From Neophaeotheca triangularis (taxonomy: Eukaryota), in contig BAAIJX010000004.1 in assembly GCA_054600435.1 (NCBI GenBank), positions 310,001 through 374,000 on the forward strand: DNA of 64,000 nt, in the 5' to 3' direction. Each line of letters starts with the position of its first letter. Within the stretch, counting starts at the first letter, position 1. Below, in pieces: positions 60,368 through 64,000 of this stretch. A program made the position numbers and the translations under genes. The notes beneath the pieces were generated by a model that had not been told where the DNA came from, ran no database searches, and saw nothing but the letters and a program-made list of their open reading frames with translations.

Positions 60368-61234
60368 ATGATCTTTTCTCGGGCTTCCTGTATAACTTCA
60401 AAAACCCCATCACGCCTTCCTCGTCTTCAAAACAATTTACCACGTTTGCATCCCTCTCATCGTCCAGCATCAGCATCAGCATCAGCATCAACACGGCCCC
60501 GATCAAACATGACAGCAAACGGCCTCACAACCAACGGCCCAGCCCAACCCACAGACACCCGCAAAGTCTTCTTTTTCGACATCGACAACTGCCTGTACCC
60601 CAAGAGCAAAAAGGTTCACGAACTAATGGGCGAGCTTATCGACAACTACTTCCGCACGCACTTGGGCCTCACAGCAGCCGACGCCACGGAACTGCACCAG
60701 CGTTACTACAAAGACTACGGCCTAGCCATCGAAGGCCTCGTACGCCACCACAAAGTCGACCCGCTCGAATACAATCGCAAGGTCGACGATGCTCTGCCAC
60801 TGGAAGACATCTTCGAGCCCGACCCCCAGCTGCGGCAACTGTTGCTCGATCTCGACACCTCGAAGATTAAACCTTGGCTTTTCACCAACGCTTATATTAC
60901 CCATGGTAGGCGAGTGGTGAAGTTGTTGGGTATCGAGGATCTGTTCGAGGGCATCACTTATTGCGATTACGCTGCAGAGAAGCTGCTTTGCAAGCCGACG
61001 CGGGAAATGTACGACAAGGCGATGCGCGAGGCGGACGCTTCGGACCCCACTGAATGTTACTTCGTCGACGATTCGGCGCTGAATGCTAGGGCGGGCAAGG
61101 CTTATGGCTGGAGGAGTGTGCATTTGGTCGAGCCGGATGCGAAGGCCCCGCCGGAGCCGGCTTGTGATTACCAGATCGCAAATTTGGAGGAGTTGAGGAC
61201 GATTTTTCCGGAGGTTTTCAAGCGCGGTCGGTGA
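60368..61234 (+). CDS. SDT1: HAD-family pyrimidine 5'-nucleotidase (Sdt1/Phm8-like); in-frame ATGs at 60368 and 60509
   Basis: HAD motif I FFFDIDNCLY; YYKDYGLAIEGL; WLFTNAY..H; FEGITYCDY; CKP; FVDDS..N. Confidence 0.9.
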   Translation: MIFSRASCITSKTPSRLPRLQNNLPRLHPSHRPASASASASTRPRSNMTANGLTTNGPAQPTDTRKVFFFDIDNCLYPKSKKVHELMGELIDNYFRTHLGLTAADATELHQRYYKDYGLAIEGLVRHHKVDPLEYNRKVDDALPLEDIFEPDPQLRQLLLDLDTSKIKPWLFTNAYITHGRRVVKLLGIEDLFEGITYCDYAAEKLLCKPTREMYDKAMREADASDPTECYFVDDSALNARAGKAYGWRSVHLVEPDAKAPPEPACDYQIANLEELRTIFPEVFKRGR

Positions 61235-61863
61235 ATATGGCTGGGTCTTATGTTCTAGCCCTGGATCTTGCCTGTCTTGCTGATGTGCTGAAAATACATT
61301 TCAGACCGTCGAGTGTCTGAATGTTGTTGCTGAGAGGAAGCGGATTTTCTACGAGGACTGGCCCTCAGAAGCAGCAGACGCAAAGATTAGCCATGTGGAG
61401 CCAAATCAGTGGCCGCAGGGGAAGGAGGGTGTAAGCGCCGACGCGCCGCTAAATGTCAGATTTGCACGTCTTTGCTTCGAGCCAGGAAGTAGTGCACCAG
61501 TGCCGCAATAGCTACCAGGAAACCCCTTACGAAGATACGATACATGAAGAAGGTTGGGCTCACTAGACTACACTTTAGACGTAGATAGCTTGAATCGGCA
61601 TTGCAAAAGAATCCTTCAAGCGTAACATCTATCAGGTTCACAGGGACCCAAAACGCGTGACACTCGAAAGACGACGACTGCTTGCCGCGCACTTGTTTCA
61701 ACAACAGACGTCGTCTCAAACAGGAAATTTAAACAGAAGGTCCTCGAACTACCAGCCCTCCTCCATGATCAGCGCCAATCCCGAGTCCCCGTCACCCTCC
61801 TTCCAGCCGGACTCTTCCGAAATTCGCGACCTCGAATGGGTAGCCCCTGGTCACCCTCAAAGT

Positions 61864-64000
61864 CTAGCTTCGCCCCCCCCCAGCCACATCAAGATCCATT
61901 TCCCCACGGCCACCACCCACCTCAGTACCAGCATACTTCAACCCCCCTTCGGCGCTCTCAACCCCCTTACCAACCTCCCCAGACCCAGCACTCACACCAC
62001 ACTTCCTCAAACCCAGCCCCCAGCCCTCTTCTGAACGCAAAACAGCACCAAAGCCACACTTTCCTTCCCCCTTCCCCTCTCCTACCTTGACCCCTCCTCG
62101 CTTCTCCAAGCCCAACTCCACACGCTCTCTGGCAACCACATGCGCCTCAATATACACACACCCGTCCGCCTGCTCACGGCCCTCCGTCCGGTCCCGAAGC
62201 CTGCTCGTCAAAAACGCTCCAAGCGCGACATCCGGGGCCCAGAAAAACAGTTCCCGCTCAAGGCGTCGTTGGGGAAGGACCCACAACTCCAGCTCCCAGG
62301 TGGCTTTGAATTCGTTGAAGAGCTCAGGGAACTCGGCGCCTAGGACGCTGTCGTGGGGGTTGCTGAGGTGTGGGCAGAATTCCTCGCCGGTTTCTGAGGG
62401 TGGGAGGTCGTAGGCTCGCGTTCGCTGGGGGAAGGGTTTGCTGAAAAATGGGGGAGAGGAGGGAGTGTTGAGACGGTTGATGTAGTGAACGGTGAGGCTG
62501 ACGGTGTCGTGGGGACTGGGGCGCATGGGGGCAGGGGATGTGAAAGAGCGGCTGGTTTTGCGTGGGAGGAAGGGAACGCGGGCTTGGCATTCTCTTCGTA
62601 TGTCGGCGGGGGATTGCTGGATGTGTGCTGGTGGTGGCAGGCCGACTTGCGCGGAGACTTCCTTGTGCTCTTGGGTTCGTGCCAGATGATGCCGGGGTCG
62701 GTGATGGCGATGGGCAGGCCCTCCTCGGGGTCACCGATCGTGAAGTCGTCGAAGTCGAGCGCTGAGACTTGCAGGAATTTGTGCTGCTTGGTTCTCTCTG
62801 AGGCGACGTATCTGAGGAGTACTAGGGTTGTGTCTTTTCGAAGTTGGTCAGAATTGGCTGTTGCTGTTGGGTTTGGGATACGTTGGAGATGGCCGACGAC
62901 GATGTGTTCGTAATCAGATTCAACGGGTTGGTTCGAAGATCGTGAATCTGACCGTCCGCTTGTAGATGGCGTGTTGCATCGATCTGGTGAGCCACTGGCT
63001 CTAGCACTCGACGCACGCCTTGCTGAGGTAGACGGAGCGGGAGCGACGACTACATTCTCGCCCACATTGCTGTCGCGTGCGGCCTTCTGGTGACGAGGGT
63101 TATCGGTCGACTGCATAAAGCTGGAAGGCTCAGTGCGGCACGTTGAAGGGCGGTCGGGACTGCTAAGAGAACCTCCCGGAAGGAGTTCCCGGTCAAGTCT
63201 TCGATCGCCCATCCGCCACCCGCGCCATTGATCCCCCTGCTCGCCGCCATTGCCTCCCTCCTTGTAATAGTCGCCCTCATGGTCTTTGGAAGCCCTACGG
63301 GTGCGGTATGGACTTCGGTGCGGCTTAGGTGTCGACAAGACATTGGAACCGTTCTCTGCACTACCAAGTGCCTGTAGCAACGTCTGATCACCCCTGTGAC
63401 CGCCAGTGGCAATAGGAGAGCCGAACTGACCGGACAAGCTGGATAGACTGGAAGTCGTACGTAGCTGAGGATGCTGACTGCCAGGACTGGGGGCATAAGA
63501 TCCGACGCCCGGAGACCCAATTCTAGGCGATCCATACTAGGCAGCTTAGACGTGCTGACCTTCTTGGTCACACTCTGACCGAGTGGCGGGGACGATCGAC
63601 ATCGCTTGCCGCCATGATCTGGGGAAGGGCAAACAGCGGGCGAGCGACTGTAGGGACGTGGGGCGGGCGTTGAGGACCGAGTGTTCAAAGCAGTGGAAGA
63701 AAGGCTCTCGTTCGGGCAGTGTGATTTACGGAATACTTCTGCATTGGGCGTCTGGGGCTTGGATGCGGAAGCTGGGTTAGTGGGCGGAAACATTGTGGTG
63801 TGTGGGGTCTTTGATGATTGCATTCGGCTCCTTGACTGCGGTTGGTGGACGTCCTGGAACAAGTTTGGGTGGATCTCAAGGCGGGTCAGGGCGGGCGTTT
63901 CTGCGTGATGATGGTGGCGGCATTTGTTGAGGATGTGGAGGAGCAGTTGGCTGATCGTACGGTCCTTTTGGTTGCTCTGGCAGACCTTCTGGACCTGCCA
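61864..64000 (-). pseudogene. Uncharacterised gene with apparent frameshifts (pseudogene or assembly errors); 5' end outside the window; related to 9566-11512
   Basis: Three overlapping minus-strand ORF segments in successive frames, with junctions near 63537 and 62730-62580. No usable intron explains the second junction. Shares motif blocks with 9566-11512. Confidence 0.5.

Overview
Gene-dense nuclear DNA of a filamentous ascomycete. The evidence is short spliceosomal introns with CTRAC/CTAAT branch sites and Pezizomycotina-type genes (HET, medA, CYA5-like PPR); a Dothideomycete origin is an inference. I can support about 26 protein-coding loci. In order: AKR7-like reductase (partial), HET-domain protein, LITAF protein, glycine-zipper protein, RRG7, a lineage-specific unknown, TOK1 channel, a membrane protein, CYA5/PET309-like PPR, PPT1, TOS4, SDR, ubiquitin-RPL40, VPS52, eIF5A, RRN7, a secreted protein, ASK1, acetoin-reductase-like SDR, medA, IRC5/LSH, Nudix, KH-domain protein, a Pro-rich unknown and SDT1-like nucleotidase. 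There are also two disrupted genes (6189-7314 and 61864->64000). Exon boundaries were worked out by hand, and all family names come from motif recall, not database searches. Most interesting observations: (1) a structured minus-strand RNA just downstream of ASK1 carrying wobble-compatible variants of the snR30/U17 m1/m2 motifs; (2) two distant, divergent paralogs (9566-11512 and 61864->64000) that share an unnamed two-block domain; (3) a multiply disabled secreted-protein pseudogene; (4) three GC-AG introns; (5) MCB boxes upstream of TOS4, ASK1 and IRC5; (6) a recurrent C/A-rich to G/T-rich skew switch that ignores gene orientation. No tRNA, rRNA, transposon or CRISPR array was recognised.
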